A stretch of 64,000 nt of DNA. Source: Minisyncoccota bacterium. Lineage in GTDB: Bacteria > Patescibacteriota > Minisyncoccia > Phycocordibacterales > Zambryskibacteraceae. This document shows, one piece after another, positions 28,824 to 37,723 of this stretch; the first letter of the stretch is position 1; every line of letters starts with the position of its first letter. Both the position numbers and the translations under genes were made by a program. The notes under the pieces were generated by a model that searched no databases, had not been told where the DNA came from, and saw only the letters and a list, made by a program, of their open reading frames with translations. The stretch covers positions 56,289-120,288 of the forward strand of contig JANWHY010000008.1 of assembly GCA_025450175.1 (NCBI GenBank), read 5' to 3'.

Positions 28824-29384
28824 TTATACCTCATCAATTTTTCTTCTCGAGCTTCTTGGAGTGTAAGTACTGTTGGGAGTTTGGATCAAATACTTTTTTG
28901 GATTTAGATCTAGATCTAAGAAGTCGTCAGCCGCTTCTATCAGTCGTGCTGAAGAAGATTTGCCAAACGAGACTACTTCTACCTGGCAGCCATGGGTTCT
29001 TTGTAAGTATTCGACGAGGGGCACATAGTCTCCGTCACCAGAAATAAGGATTACCGAGTCGAGCTTAGGTGCCATGGTCACAGCATCGATAGCAAGACCT
29101 ACATCCCAGTCGGCCTTCTTCGCTCCACCAAGGAAGATCTGAAGTGGTTTAGATCTAACTTCGATCCCAGCTTTTTCTAGAGCGCCGAAGAAGGCATTCT
29201 CCTCTCCGGATTCGGTAGTGACCACGTAGGCCATAGCGCGGATCAGGGTGCGGCCCTCTAGAGATTCGCGGACAATAGCGGCGAAGTTGGCTCTAGAATG
29301 GTGTAGGTTCTTGGCACTGTGGTAAATGTTTTGGGTGTCGATGAAAATACCGACTCTTTGGGCTTTGTGTTTTATTACAGTCAT
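28824..29384 (-). CDS. NYN-domain (LabA/PIN-like) putative ribonuclease
   Basis: VGIFIDTQNIY and ILISGDGDYVPLV conserved NYN acidic motifs. Confidence 0.8.
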   Translation of the reverse strand: MTVIKHKAQRVGIFIDTQNIYHSAKNLHHSRANFAAIVRESLEGRTLIRAMAYVVTTESGEENAFFGALEKAGIEVRSKPLQIFLGGAKKADWDVGLAIDAVTMAPKLDSVILISGDGDYVPLVEYLQRTHGCQVEVVSFGKSSSARLIEAADDFLDLDLNPKKYLIQTPNSTYTPRSSRRKIDEV

Positions 29385-29396
29385 TTAAATTTTTCG

Positions 29397-29469
29397 CAGA
29401 GTTAATAAATTTTTCGCGCTTTACCCACATGTGGTGGGCTCCGACGCGACTCAAAATTTTATTAACTCT
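29397..29469. repeat. long inverted repeat enclosing an inner CCACATGTGG palindrome, immediately 3-prime of rpsO
   Basis: agagttaataaatttt ... aaaattttattaactct arms flank tcgcgctttaCCCACATGTGGtgggctccgacgcga; predicted extended stem-loop on the minus-strand transcript. Confidence 0.45.
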
Positions 29470-29484
29470 GCTCTTAGTTAATAA

Positions 29485-29751
29485 TTACTTCTTCAAACCA
29501 AGTTTCTTCTCGAGGGCGCGAGCACGTTTCGGATTCTTCTTCTCCAAGTATTTCAAATGCGTTTGGCGACTTGCCACCATGGCAAGTAGGCCTCTGCGTG
29601 AGTGAATATCTTTGGTATGCGTCTTCAAATGCCGAGCAAGCTCTTCTATGCGCTTCGTCAGTATGGAAATCTGCACTTCAGGAGAGCCTGTATCCTTGTC
29701 GTGGACAGCCACCTCCGAAATCAGTTTTGCTTTCTTGGTCTTAGAAATCAC
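29485..29751 (-). CDS. rpsO: 30S ribosomal protein S15
   Basis: 88 aa, ...LTKRIEELARHLKTHTKDIHSRRGLL... S15 signature. Confidence 0.92.
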   Translation of the reverse strand: MISKTKKAKLISEVAVHDKDTGSPEVQISILTKRIEELARHLKTHTKDIHSRRGLLAMVASRQTHLKYLEKKNPKRARALEKKLGLKK

Positions 29752-29795
29752 TTTACAAGTGTATCACACTTTGCTATATTGTAAAGGTATTAGTT

Positions 29796-29814
29796 GGACG
29801 CCCCGCGGGCGTCC
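29796..29814. promoter_or_regulatory. GC-rich palindromic hairpin in rpsO/nusA divergent leader
   Basis: GGACGCCC cgc GGGCGTCC, perfect 8-bp stem with 3-nt loop, no flanking U-tract. Confidence 0.3.
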
Positions 29815-29835
29815 AAATTCGTAATAAATAAAGCC

Positions 29836-30972
29836 ATGTTTGACCTAAAAGTGATCAACTCGGTTCTGGGAGAGCTCGAAGAAGTTCGAGGTATTCCACG
29901 TGCATCTATTATAGAAGCCATAGAAGCCGCTCTCGCCACTGCTTATAGGAGAGAGTATGGCAAGAAGGGCCAGATTATCCGCACCACCTTCGACTCTCAG
30001 ACGGGAGAAACCAACTTCTTCCAGGTGAAGATCGTAGTAGACAGCTCTAAGGTCATTCTCGATGATGAGGCGGAGCCGGCCGATGACGACACTCGAGAAT
30101 ACTTTAACCCTGAGCATCATATCCTCTTAGAAGATGCCAAACTTATCAAGAAGGACGCCCAGCTCGATGAAGAAATAATCTTTCCAATTGAGTCGAGGGG
30201 CGACTACAGCCGTATCGCAGCCCAAACTGCCAAACAAGTGATCATGCAGAAGATTCGTGAGGCCGAGAAAGTCTCGGTAGTATCAGAGTTTGGTAAGCGC
30301 GAGGGTGATATTGTCACCGGCACTGTGCAACGAGTGGAGCGAGGTAACATCTTCGTCGATATGGGTCGTGCTACTGGCCTGCTGCCATTCGAAGAGCAGA
30401 TCCCTGGAGAGCGCTTCAGCCAAGGCGAGCGTGTACGCGCCTATCTATATAGAGTAGAAGAGAGTCCTCGAGGTGTTTTCCTCCGTCTTTCTCGCTCTCA
30501 TCCTAAGTTTCTAGAAAAGCTCTTCGAAGCTGAGTCGCCCGAGCTTGCTAACGCTACGGTAGTGATCAAGTCTATCGCTCGCGAAGCAGGCTTTCGCTCA
30601 AAGATCGCTGTCGAGGCCAAGGATACTCACATCGACCCTGTCGGCGCTCTTGTAGGGCACCGCGGAGTTAGAGTATCTACTGTCATGTCGGAGCTCCGAG
30701 GGGAGAAGATCGACATCATAGAGTGGTCGGCTGATACTAAGACCTTCATCGAGGAGGCTCTCTCTCCTGCGAAGATCTTAGGTATAGAGATTAATGAGGC
30801 TGAGAAGGCTGCGACTGTAACTGTGGCGCTCAATGAGCAATCTCTTGCTATCGGTAAGGGCGGACAAAACGTGCGCCTAGCAGCCAAGCTCACTGGTTGG
30901 AAGATCGACATACGCTCAAGTGGCGGAGAAGAACTTGCTTCTGCAGAAGTTCCAGAAGATAATAAAGCCTAA
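29836..30972 (+). CDS. nusA: transcription termination/antitermination factor NusA
   Basis: NusA N-terminal domain (MFDLKVINSVLGELEEVRGIP), S1 and two KH domains; start taken at ATG 29836 rather than upstream TTG 29794. Confidence 0.9.
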   Translation: MFDLKVINSVLGELEEVRGIPRASIIEAIEAALATAYRREYGKKGQIIRTTFDSQTGETNFFQVKIVVDSSKVILDDEAEPADDDTREYFNPEHHILLEDAKLIKKDAQLDEEIIFPIESRGDYSRIAAQTAKQVIMQKIREAEKVSVVSEFGKREGDIVTGTVQRVERGNIFVDMGRATGLLPFEEQIPGERFSQGERVRAYLYRVEESPRGVFLRLSRSHPKFLEKLFEAESPELANATVVIKSIAREAGFRSKIAVEAKDTHIDPVGALVGHRGVRVSTVMSELRGEKIDIIEWSADTKTFIEEALSPAKILGIEINEAEKAATVTVALNEQSLAIGKGGQNVRLAAKLTGWKIDIRSSGGEELASAEVPEDNKA

Positions 30973-30973
30973 T

Positions 30974-31501
30974 ATGAACCTTTGGCACGATATAGAGCCC
31001 GGAACTGCCGATGAGATCAATGTCATCGTAGAGATCAACAAGGGTTCCAAGAACAAGTACGAGATAGATAAGAAGACTGGTCTTATCGCTCTTGATCGTG
31101 TCTCTCATACTGCGCAGGACTTCCCCTTCGACTACGGCTTCGTACCGCGCTCGCTCTGGCATGACAACGACCCTCTAGATGTCGTGCTTCTTACCACTCA
31201 TCCGCTTATGCCGGGGATACTGGTGCGAGCGCGGCCTATTTCGCTTATGAATATGATTGATAGTGGTGAGGGAGATGATAAGGTCATTGCCGTACCGGTA
31301 GATGATCCTCGCTTTAATAACGTAACTGACCTCGGGGAGATTAACGGCCATACTCTTAAGGAGATTGAGCACTTCTACTCTACTTATAAGAAGCTTCAGA
31401 ATAAGGTCGTGGAGGTCACGGGTTTTAAGGGAAGAAAAGAGGCCCAAAAGGCTTTTGAAGAATCTCTAGAGTTATACACAAAGAAGTTCGGATCTAAATA
31501 A
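30974..31501 (+). CDS. ppa: inorganic pyrophosphatase (family I)
   Basis: NLWHDIEPG..., DYGFVP, DPLDVV motifs; start ATG 30974 directly after the nusA stop. Confidence 0.9.
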   Translation: MNLWHDIEPGTADEINVIVEINKGSKNKYEIDKKTGLIALDRVSHTAQDFPFDYGFVPRSLWHDNDPLDVVLLTTHPLMPGILVRARPISLMNMIDSGEGDDKVIAVPVDDPRFNNVTDLGEINGHTLKEIEHFYSTYKKLQNKVVEVTGFKGRKEAQKAFEESLELYTKKFGSK

Positions 31502-31553
31502 GTCAAAATTGCTATAATACTTAATGTATTAATAGTTAGACTTATTTGTAAGA

Positions 31554-32216
31554 ATGAAAATAAATTATAAAGCATTGTTAGTAGCGTCTATGCTTACTAT
31601 GGCAATCCCAGCTTATGGGCATGAGGTGGGAGCGGAGGTAAATACTGATGCGAAGTTAAGGATGAAGCCGGTACCGGTCGAGATGGATCTTAATGCAAGG
31701 ATTAGAGCGAGTGTCAGCTCTAGTACAGCTGCCAAATGGGCTGAGCAGGATGCCAAGAGAGAGGTATTGCGCCAAGAGTTTGAGGCTAAAAGAGCTTCAA
31801 GTACTCTAAAAAGGGTTGAATTAAGGATGGATGTGGCGAAAAAGAAGCTCGAGAACACTCTTCGCAAGATGAATGCAACTATAGAGCATCTGGAAAACAT
31901 TATTGCTCGTGTAGAATCAAGAATTGCTAAGATTAAGGCCAATGGTGGAGTTACCACAGAAGCTGAGACCCAGATTGCTTTGGCAAAATCTGAGATTACA
32001 GCGGCCAAAGTGGCTATAACTGCCACCGGGAGTGTCGATATCTCATCAGAAGATAAAACCAAGGCCAACTTCGACCGTATCAGAACTGCTGGAGCAGGTG
32101 TAGTAGAACACTTAAGAAAGGCCCACAACTACATTATGATGGCAGTGCGCTCTCTTATGGGCTTAAGTGTGGGTGCTCACGCTACAACCACAGCTACAAC
32201 TACTAGCTCTAACTAA
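31554..32216 (+). CDS. secreted coiled-coil hypothetical protein
   Basis: Signal peptide MKINYKALLVASMLTMAIPAYG, heptad-like A/K/E-rich body, Thr-rich tail. Confidence 0.55.
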   Translation: MKINYKALLVASMLTMAIPAYGHEVGAEVNTDAKLRMKPVPVEMDLNARIRASVSSSTAAKWAEQDAKREVLRQEFEAKRASSTLKRVELRMDVAKKKLENTLRKMNATIEHLENIIARVESRIAKIKANGGVTTEAETQIALAKSEITAAKVAITATGSVDISSEDKTKANFDRIRTAGAGVVEHLRKAHNYIMMAVRSLMGLSVGAHATTTATTTSSN

Positions 32217-32230
32217 ACTAATAAATAAAC

Positions 32231-32548
32231 ATGGATCCACAGCAAAACAACATGAATCCTAATCCCGCTCCCGCTCCTACACCTACTTCTAACTATACTC
32301 CTGGCCCTGCTGTATCAGGTGGCTCATCTAGCGGCCCTATTATCGGGATCATTATCCTCTTGGTTATCATTATTCTCGGAGCGCTCTACTTCTGGAAGGA
32401 GCGAGCCGCCACACCTATGGAGAATGAGACAGTAGATAACACGGCTATAGACCAGAGCCAATCTAGCTCGGACGATCTTAACTCTATCGAAACCGACCTC
32501 AATAGTACCGATGTTGAAACCATCGATGCTGAGATCAACGCATCTTAA
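32231..32548 (+). CDS. small single-TM protein with Pro-rich N-terminus and acidic C-terminus
   Basis: 105 aa; IIGIIILLVIIILGALYFW helix; followed by a strong terminator. Confidence 0.5.
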   Translation: MDPQQNNMNPNPAPAPTPTSNYTPGPAVSGGSSSGPIIGIIILLVIIILGALYFWKERAATPMENETVDNTAIDQSQSSSDDLNSIETDLNSTDVETIDAEINAS

Positions 32549-32564
32549 TCTGTAAATAAAGTTA

Positions 32565-32600
32565 CAAAAAACCCGAGAGTTGCACTCTCGGGTTTTTTGT
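32565..32600 (+). terminator. rho-independent terminator
   Basis: aaaaaACCCGAGAGTtgcaCTCTCGGGTtttttgt. Confidence 0.75.
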
Positions 32601-32614
32601 AATACTCTACTCGC

Positions 32615-33193
32615 ATGTCATATTTAATTCCCACGGTTATTGAGAAGTCGCAATTTGGTGAGCGGGCTTATGATATCTACTCCCGCCTCTTGCGTGAGCG
32701 TATTATATTTTTGGGTGGGCCTATTACAGATGACGTTGCTAATATCGTTATTGCTCAGCTATTGTTTCTACAATCAGAAGATCCTAAAAAAGATATATCT
32801 CTTTATGTAAACTCCCCAGGAGGTTCCGTTACTGCTGGCTTGGCAATTCTCGACACCATGAACCATATCAAACCAGATGTTTCTACTATCTGTATTGGGG
32901 TGGCTGCTTCAGCTGCATCTGTCATCCTTTCTGCTGGGGAAAAAGGTAAGAGATTCGCACTACCTAATTCAGAAGTAATGATTCATCAGCCTTGGATTGA
33001 GGGTGTGGGTGGCCAAGCTTCGGACATTGAAATTAGGGCTAAACACATGGTTAAAACTCGTGAAATTCTTAATAAAATCCTTGCTAAAAACACAGGGCAA
33101 CCAGTCTCAAGGGTAGAGAAGGATGCAGATCGAGATTTCTTTATGGATCCAGAAGAAGCCAAGAAATACGGAATCATAGACAAAATCCTATAG
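32615..33193 (+). CDS. clpP: ATP-dependent Clp protease proteolytic subunit
   Basis: Catalytic Ser (GVAASAAS) and His (MIHQP) contexts, ~190 aa. Confidence 0.92.
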   Translation: MSYLIPTVIEKSQFGERAYDIYSRLLRERIIFLGGPITDDVANIVIAQLLFLQSEDPKKDISLYVNSPGGSVTAGLAILDTMNHIKPDVSTICIGVAASAASVILSAGEKGKRFALPNSEVMIHQPWIEGVGGQASDIEIRAKHMVKTREILNKILAKNTGQPVSRVEKDADRDFFMDPEEAKKYGIIDKIL

Positions 33194-33293
33194 ATTTAGT
33201 ATTGTGTGGCTGTTCACTTAAACAAAATTTATTGAAACGGTTCCCTTCCTGACCTACCTCTCCGGCTGACTATTCCCCCATAAACTTCCGCTC

Positions 33294-34823
33294 ATGTCGT
33301 TAAAACTAGCGCTACTTCTAGCATTACTTGCCGCATCTGCCGGTATCGGCTTTGGGTATTTGCTGCGCCTCATAATCTCTCTTGGTAAGAAGGGTTCTAT
33401 GGAGCTCGATATCAAGGAGCTCGAACTCTCGAGTAAAACAGAGGCGCAGAGAGTCATCGCTGAGGCAGAAGAGCGAGCTGAGGAGATTCTCGAAAGGGCT
33501 CAAACGGAGGCCAGGGAGCGAGAGACGCGCGCCAAGACTACTGAGGACCGCTTGGTCAAGAAAGAAGAGTTCCTCGACAAGCGCCAAGTTGATTTGGATA
33601 AAGAGGCTCTAACAGTTAAGGAGAAGTTGGTAGATGTGAGAACTCTCCGCAAGAAGGCTGAGGCCCTGGTAGAAGCGCGAGAGAAGGAGCTCTCACGTGC
33701 AGCCGAACTCTCGCCCAAGGAGGCCAAAAACTATTTACTCCAAATGGTCGAGAAGAATGCGGAAGAAGACATTCTTCTTCGTATGCAAAAGTTGGAGTCT
33801 GAGGGTAGTGAGCGTCTGGAGGGCCGGGCTAAAGAGATTCTTGCTACGGTGATTCAACGCTTAGCTGCTTCTACTAGTAGCGAGATGATGGCTACGACCA
33901 TCACTCTCCCCTCTGATGAGGTGAAGGGGAAGATCATCGGTAAGGAAGGAAGGAATATAAAAGCCTTCGAGCGTGCTACTGGTGTAGAGCTCATCATCGA
34001 CGACACTCCTAACGCCATTACCATCTCTTCTTATGACCCCGTGCGTCGCGCTGTAGCTAGACTTGCTCTCGAGAACTTGATTGCCGATGGTCGTATCCAG
34101 CCGACAAAGATTGAGGAGTTTGTAGAACTTGCGATCTCTGAGACCAATAATATTATCAAGGCGAAGGGTGAGGAAGCCGCAGTTGAGTGCGAAGTATACA
34201 ACCTAGACCCCAAGCTATTGGCAATACTCGGTCGACTCCACTTCCGCTCAAGTTATAACCAGAACGTGTTGTCTCACTCTGTAGAGATGAGCCACCTTTC
34301 TGGGATGATTGCTGCAGAGGTAGGGGCCAATGTGGGAGTGGCGCGGGCTGGGGCCCTACTCCACGATATTGGAAAGGCCTTAGACCACGAGGTGGCTGGT
34401 ACTCACGTCGAGATTGGGCGTCGCATACTACAAAAATTTAATGTCTCTGAGGACATCATCAAGGCCATGCAAGCCCACCATGGAGAGTATCCCTATGAGA
34501 CAGTCGAGTCCGTTATAGTACAGACGGCTGATGCCATATCTGGCGCTCGTCCTGGGGCGCGCCGCGACACTCTCGAACAATATGTGAAGCGCCTTGTGGA
34601 GCTTGAGGCTATTGCCACCTCTTTTGAGGGGGTCGAAAAGGCCTTTGCTCTCCAGGCTGGCCGAGAGATACGTGTCTTTGTGACCCCAGAGAAGATTTCT
34701 GACCTTGAGGCTAAGAAGCTATCTCGGGATATCGCCCTTAGGATAGAGAATGAGCTCAAGTATCCTGGGGAGATTAAGGTCAATGTCATAAGGGAGTCCC
34801 GCTCTATCGAGTTTGCCCGGTAG
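33294..34823 (+). CDS. rny: ribonuclease Y
   Basis: N-terminal TM, coiled coil, KH domain (KGKIIGKEGRNIKAFE), HD domain (LLHDIGKA). Confidence 0.9.
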   Translation: MSLKLALLLALLAASAGIGFGYLLRLIISLGKKGSMELDIKELELSSKTEAQRVIAEAEERAEEILERAQTEARERETRAKTTEDRLVKKEEFLDKRQVDLDKEALTVKEKLVDVRTLRKKAEALVEAREKELSRAAELSPKEAKNYLLQMVEKNAEEDILLRMQKLESEGSERLEGRAKEILATVIQRLAASTSSEMMATTITLPSDEVKGKIIGKEGRNIKAFERATGVELIIDDTPNAITISSYDPVRRAVARLALENLIADGRIQPTKIEEFVELAISETNNIIKAKGEEAAVECEVYNLDPKLLAILGRLHFRSSYNQNVLSHSVEMSHLSGMIAAEVGANVGVARAGALLHDIGKALDHEVAGTHVEIGRRILQKFNVSEDIIKAMQAHHGEYPYETVESVIVQTADAISGARPGARRDTLEQYVKRLVELEAIATSFEGVEKAFALQAGREIRVFVTPEKISDLEAKKLSRDIALRIENELKYPGEIKVNVIRESRSIEFAR

Positions 34824-34974
34824 TAGCCCCTTGACCGCCTCTGGCGATATAAAATGGCCTATTATATAATTAATATGTACCATTTATCAGTTAGCTAGGT
34901 AATGAATCCCGTTAGAAGTTTTCTGCGGGAAGGTACTAAAACTATTATCAGTAAATAAATTAACTTCTAACCGG

Positions 34975-35247
34975 ATGAACAAAGTAGATATTGCAAATGC
35001 AGTACACGCCAAGCTCGGTGGTACTAAAGTGCAAGCAGAAGAAGTGGTAGATATCGTCATCGATTCCGTCGTCTCTACTCTCAAGAAGGGCGGCGAAGTT
35101 TCTATCGCAGGTCTCGGCATCTTCTCTACCAAGATGCGTGCAGCAAGACAAGCGCGAAATCCTCGCACCGGGGCTACTCTCCAGGTGCCCGCTATGCGTG
35201 TGCCCAAGTTCCGCCCAGCAAAAGCTCTCAAAGAGGCGGTTAAGTAA
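34975..35247 (+). CDS. hup: HU family DNA-binding protein
   Basis: 90 aa, ...GLGIFSTKMRAARQARNPRTGATLQVPA... HU arm signature. Confidence 0.92.
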   Translation: MNKVDIANAVHAKLGGTKVQAEEVVDIVIDSVVSTLKKGGEVSIAGLGIFSTKMRAARQARNPRTGATLQVPAMRVPKFRPAKALKEAVK

Positions 35248-35257
35248 AGTTTCATCA

Positions 35258-35298
35258 AATAAAAATGCCACTCACTTCTTGAGTGGCATTTTTATTTG
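35258..35298. terminator. bidirectional rho-independent terminator between hup and cca
   Basis: aaaaatGCCACTCActtcttGAGTGGCatttttat. Confidence 0.75.
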
Positions 35299-35303
35299 TC
35301 TAA

Positions 35304-36782
35304 CTATGAAACGTGATAATCTTCTCGGATTTTGTTTATTTCTTTCTCTTCCTCACTCTGGTTCTTGCTCTTGGCAACTTTCCCTAACTTAGTTAACTCC
35401 TTTTGGTCGAGGGCATGTAACTCGAGTACTCTACTATTAAGATATTCTTCAGTATTTTTCTTAGGATCATCTAGCACTTCGGACAAAAGGATTTCGAGTA
35501 TAAGGCCAATTTGGGGCCCGGGTTTCTCTCCTGTTATTTTCATAATCTCTCCCCCATCTACTTTGAGTTGCTTTACAGATACGGGGTCGCGCATAGCCTC
35601 TTCGATCATGGAGTGATATTTGCGCAGTCTATATGGAGTCTCCTTGGGTCGGCCAGTGCCAATGCGATCTGCGGCGCGCGTGTTCATGAGGTCCCAGACA
35701 AGTTCTGTACCGACATTTCTTACCAGGCGTCTTACGGCAGAGAGTGTGATCTTCTCAGTATCAGAGAAGAACATATGCCAACGTACGAGTTTAGTAACTT
35801 GATCGATAATTTGTTTTGGGAATTTGAGATCCTCTAGAATTTTCTTCGCTACCTTCGCACCCACTACCTCGTGACCGTAGAAGGTCCAGTCATTATTCTT
35901 GCCAATGGCACGAGTGTGAGGTTTCGCTATATCGTGCAGGAGTGCGGCAAGACGCACATGGAGAGGAAAATTTTTCTTCGCGGCATGGTCGAGGCTTCTC
36001 AAGAGATGTTCCCACACAGTGTAGGCGTGAGCTTGGTTCTGCTCGATGCCAATCCCCTTCTCAAGTTCTGGTGAAATAAATTTGAGAATCTCCAACCTGC
36101 GCGCCATATCGAGAGCGCTCAAGGGATTCTCGGACATAATTATTTTTACAAACTCATCTCGTACACGCTCACGAGAAATATTATTTAGAAGTTCTTTGTT
36201 CTTAACTATAGCTTCTTGGGTCTCATGCTCTATGGCAAAGCCGAGTTCGCTCGAGAGTCGTAGAGCACGGAAGATACGCAATGCATCTTCAGAAAATCTC
36301 TTGCCCGGCTCCCCTACTGTGCGAATAGTTTTCTTCTCAAGATCCAACTTACCATCGAAGAGATCGATAAGTTCTTCAGTCTCTGTGTTGTACGCAAGAG
36401 CATTGATAGTAAAATCTCTTCGAGCCAAATCTTCTTGGATACTCGTTGCCCACTCAACTTTGTCTGGATGCCTCTTGTCAGAATATTCTGATTCCGTGCG
36501 ATACGGAGTGACCTCGATAACTTTAAGACTCCCATCTTCTATATTCTCGTTCACCACCCCGACAGTGCCATAATCGTTTTCATAAAATGTTTTTGGGAAA
36601 AGTTTTGTAACTTCTTCTGGTGTGGCGCGCGTAGCAATGTCCCAATCCTTAGGAATTTTGTTGAGCAGAAGATCTCGTACACATCCTCCGACTAAGAAAT
36701 TTTCAAACCCGGCATCGCTAAGCACACGTGAAATATTTTTCACTTCTTGAGGAATCTCCAACTTTATTTGTTCTTTCTGCAT
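35304..36782 (-). CDS. cca: CCA tRNA nucleotidyltransferase with HD domain
   Basis: Pol-beta NT motif GGCVRDLLL, DxD, C-terminal HD region. Confidence 0.85.
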   Translation of the reverse strand: MQKEQIKLEIPQEVKNISRVLSDAGFENFLVGGCVRDLLLNKIPKDWDIATRATPEEVTKLFPKTFYENDYGTVGVVNENIEDGSLKVIEVTPYRTESEYSDKRHPDKVEWATSIQEDLARRDFTINALAYNTETEELIDLFDGKLDLEKKTIRTVGEPGKRFSEDALRIFRALRLSSELGFAIEHETQEAIVKNKELLNNISRERVRDEFVKIIMSENPLSALDMARRLEILKFISPELEKGIGIEQNQAHAYTVWEHLLRSLDHAAKKNFPLHVRLAALLHDIAKPHTRAIGKNNDWTFYGHEVVGAKVAKKILEDLKFPKQIIDQVTKLVRWHMFFSDTEKITLSAVRRLVRNVGTELVWDLMNTRAADRIGTGRPKETPYRLRKYHSMIEEAMRDPVSVKQLKVDGGEIMKITGEKPGPQIGLILEILLSEVLDDPKKNTEEYLNSRVLELHALDQKELTKLGKVAKSKNQSEEEKEINKIREDYHVS

Positions 36783-36791
36783 CTTTCATGT

Positions 36792-36863
36792 GCACCTGGC
36801 AGGACTCGAACCCACAACAACTGATCCGAAGTCAGTTATGATATCCATTTCACCACAGGTGCA
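36792..36863 (-). tRNA. tRNA-Arg (anticodon TCG)
   Basis: Hand-folded: acceptor GCACCTG/CAGGTGC, anticodon stem ACTGA/TCAGT with loop cuUCGga, T-loop TTCGAGT; boundaries +/-2. Confidence 0.75.
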
Positions 36864-36882
36864 TAGTATCCATTGTAACAGT

Positions 36883-36953
36883 GCGACTAGCGAGAATCGA
36901 ACTCGCGTCTCGTCCTTGGCAAGGACGCATTCTACCACTAAACCATAGTCGCA
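36883..36953 (-). tRNA. tRNA-Gly (anticodon GCC)
   Basis: Acceptor GCGACTA/TAGTCGC, anticodon stem CGTCC/GGACG loop ttGCCaa, T-loop TTCGATT; resembles canonical bacterial tRNA-Gly(GCC). Confidence 0.8.
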
Positions 36954-36995
36954 ATTAAGGAAGATATTAGCCTAATTTAGCTCGGGATGCTAGAG

Positions 36996-37066
36996 TAAAA
37001 ATTCACGGAGTGTAGTACAGCGGTAGTATACACGCTTCGGGTGCGTGAGACCCGAGTTCGATTCTC
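36996..37066 (+). tRNA. tRNA-Pro (anticodon CGG)
   Basis: C1:G72 pair and A73, anticodon stem CACGC/GCGTG loop ttCGGgt, T-arm CCGAG ttcgatt CTCGG. Confidence 0.78.
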
Positions 37067-37078
37067 GGCACTCCGAAG

Positions 37079-37149
37079 CTCAATTGAACGGGCTGTAGTA
37101 TAACGGTAGTATACATCCATGGGGTGGATGCGGCCCGGGTTCAATTCCC
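37079..37149 (+). tRNA. tRNA-Pro (anticodon GGG)
   Basis: C1:G72, anticodon stem CATCC/GGATG loop atGGGgt, T-arm CCGGG ttcaatt CCCGG. Confidence 0.75.
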
Positions 37150-37162
37150 GGCAGCCCGAAAG

Positions 37163-37235
37163 GAAAAAATAGCGGAGTGTGGTGTAACGGCTAACATACT
37201 TGTTTTGGGTACAAGTGACTCCGGGTTCGAATCCC
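37163..37235 (+). tRNA. tRNA-Pro (anticodon TGG)
   Basis: C1:G72, anticodon stem CTTGT/ACAAG loop ttTGGgt, T-arm CCGGG ttcgaat CCCGG. Confidence 0.78.
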
Positions 37236-37247
37236 GGCACTCCGAAA

Positions 37248-37318
37248 GAATAATAATGCGGGATTAGTTTAGTGGTAAAACGACAGTTTTCCAAACTGTA
37301 GTCGGGAGTCCGATTCCC
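37248..37318 (+). tRNA. tRNA-Gly (anticodon TCC)
   Basis: Acceptor GCGGGAT/ATCCCGC, D-arm TAGTTTAGTGGTAAAAC, anticodon stem ACAGT/ACTGT loop ttTCCaa; closely resembles Gram-positive tRNA-Gly(UCC). Confidence 0.8.
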
Positions 37319-37330
37319 CCATCCCGCACA

Positions 37331-37723
37331 TTAAAGCACTATATTCTCGAGCATTTCGACTCTAGCCTTTCGCGTGGACATGTTTAGCCTGACCGTTATA
37401 ACGTCGAACTGCCAATCCCCGTCTATATGCTTGTCCAATAGGTAGGTCTGGATGACTCTGGAAAGTCTTTTAAGCTTCCAGGGGTGTAAGTTATCTTCTG
37501 GCCGATACCAGTTTAGATCCTTCCCTACCTCGCGCATGGTAGCTGTAACACTCTTCACCTCCACGAAATGGATAATCTCGCCAATCTTCGCCACAATATC
37601 AAGCTCACCCCACTTCCGTAGGTAGTTCCTATCTAATATCTCAAACCCTTTATTAATTAGAAAGTCTGCGGCAATACTCTCTCCCAAGTCACCCAATTCC
37701 CGCTTTTTAGTCTTGAGAGTCAT
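37331..37723 (-). CDS. yraN: YraN/UPF0102 family endonuclease
   Basis: GDLGESIAADFLINKGFEILDRNYLRKWGELDIVA core, ~130 aa. Confidence 0.75.
   Translation of the reverse strand: MTLKTKKRELGDLGESIAADFLINKGFEILDRNYLRKWGELDIVAKIGEIIHFVEVKSVTATMREVGKDLNWYRPEDNLHPWKLKRLSRVIQTYLLDKHIDGDWQFDVITVRLNMSTRKARVEMLENIVL

Noticed and set aside
31613-32128. 171-aa minus-strand ORF antisense to the secreted coiled-coil gene; similar antisense ORFs at 36046..36573, 60616..61083, 62691..63158 and 63352..63807
   Set aside because: Lie inside conserved genes (cca, fusA, tuf, rpsJ/rplC) with low-complexity translations; shadow ORFs.
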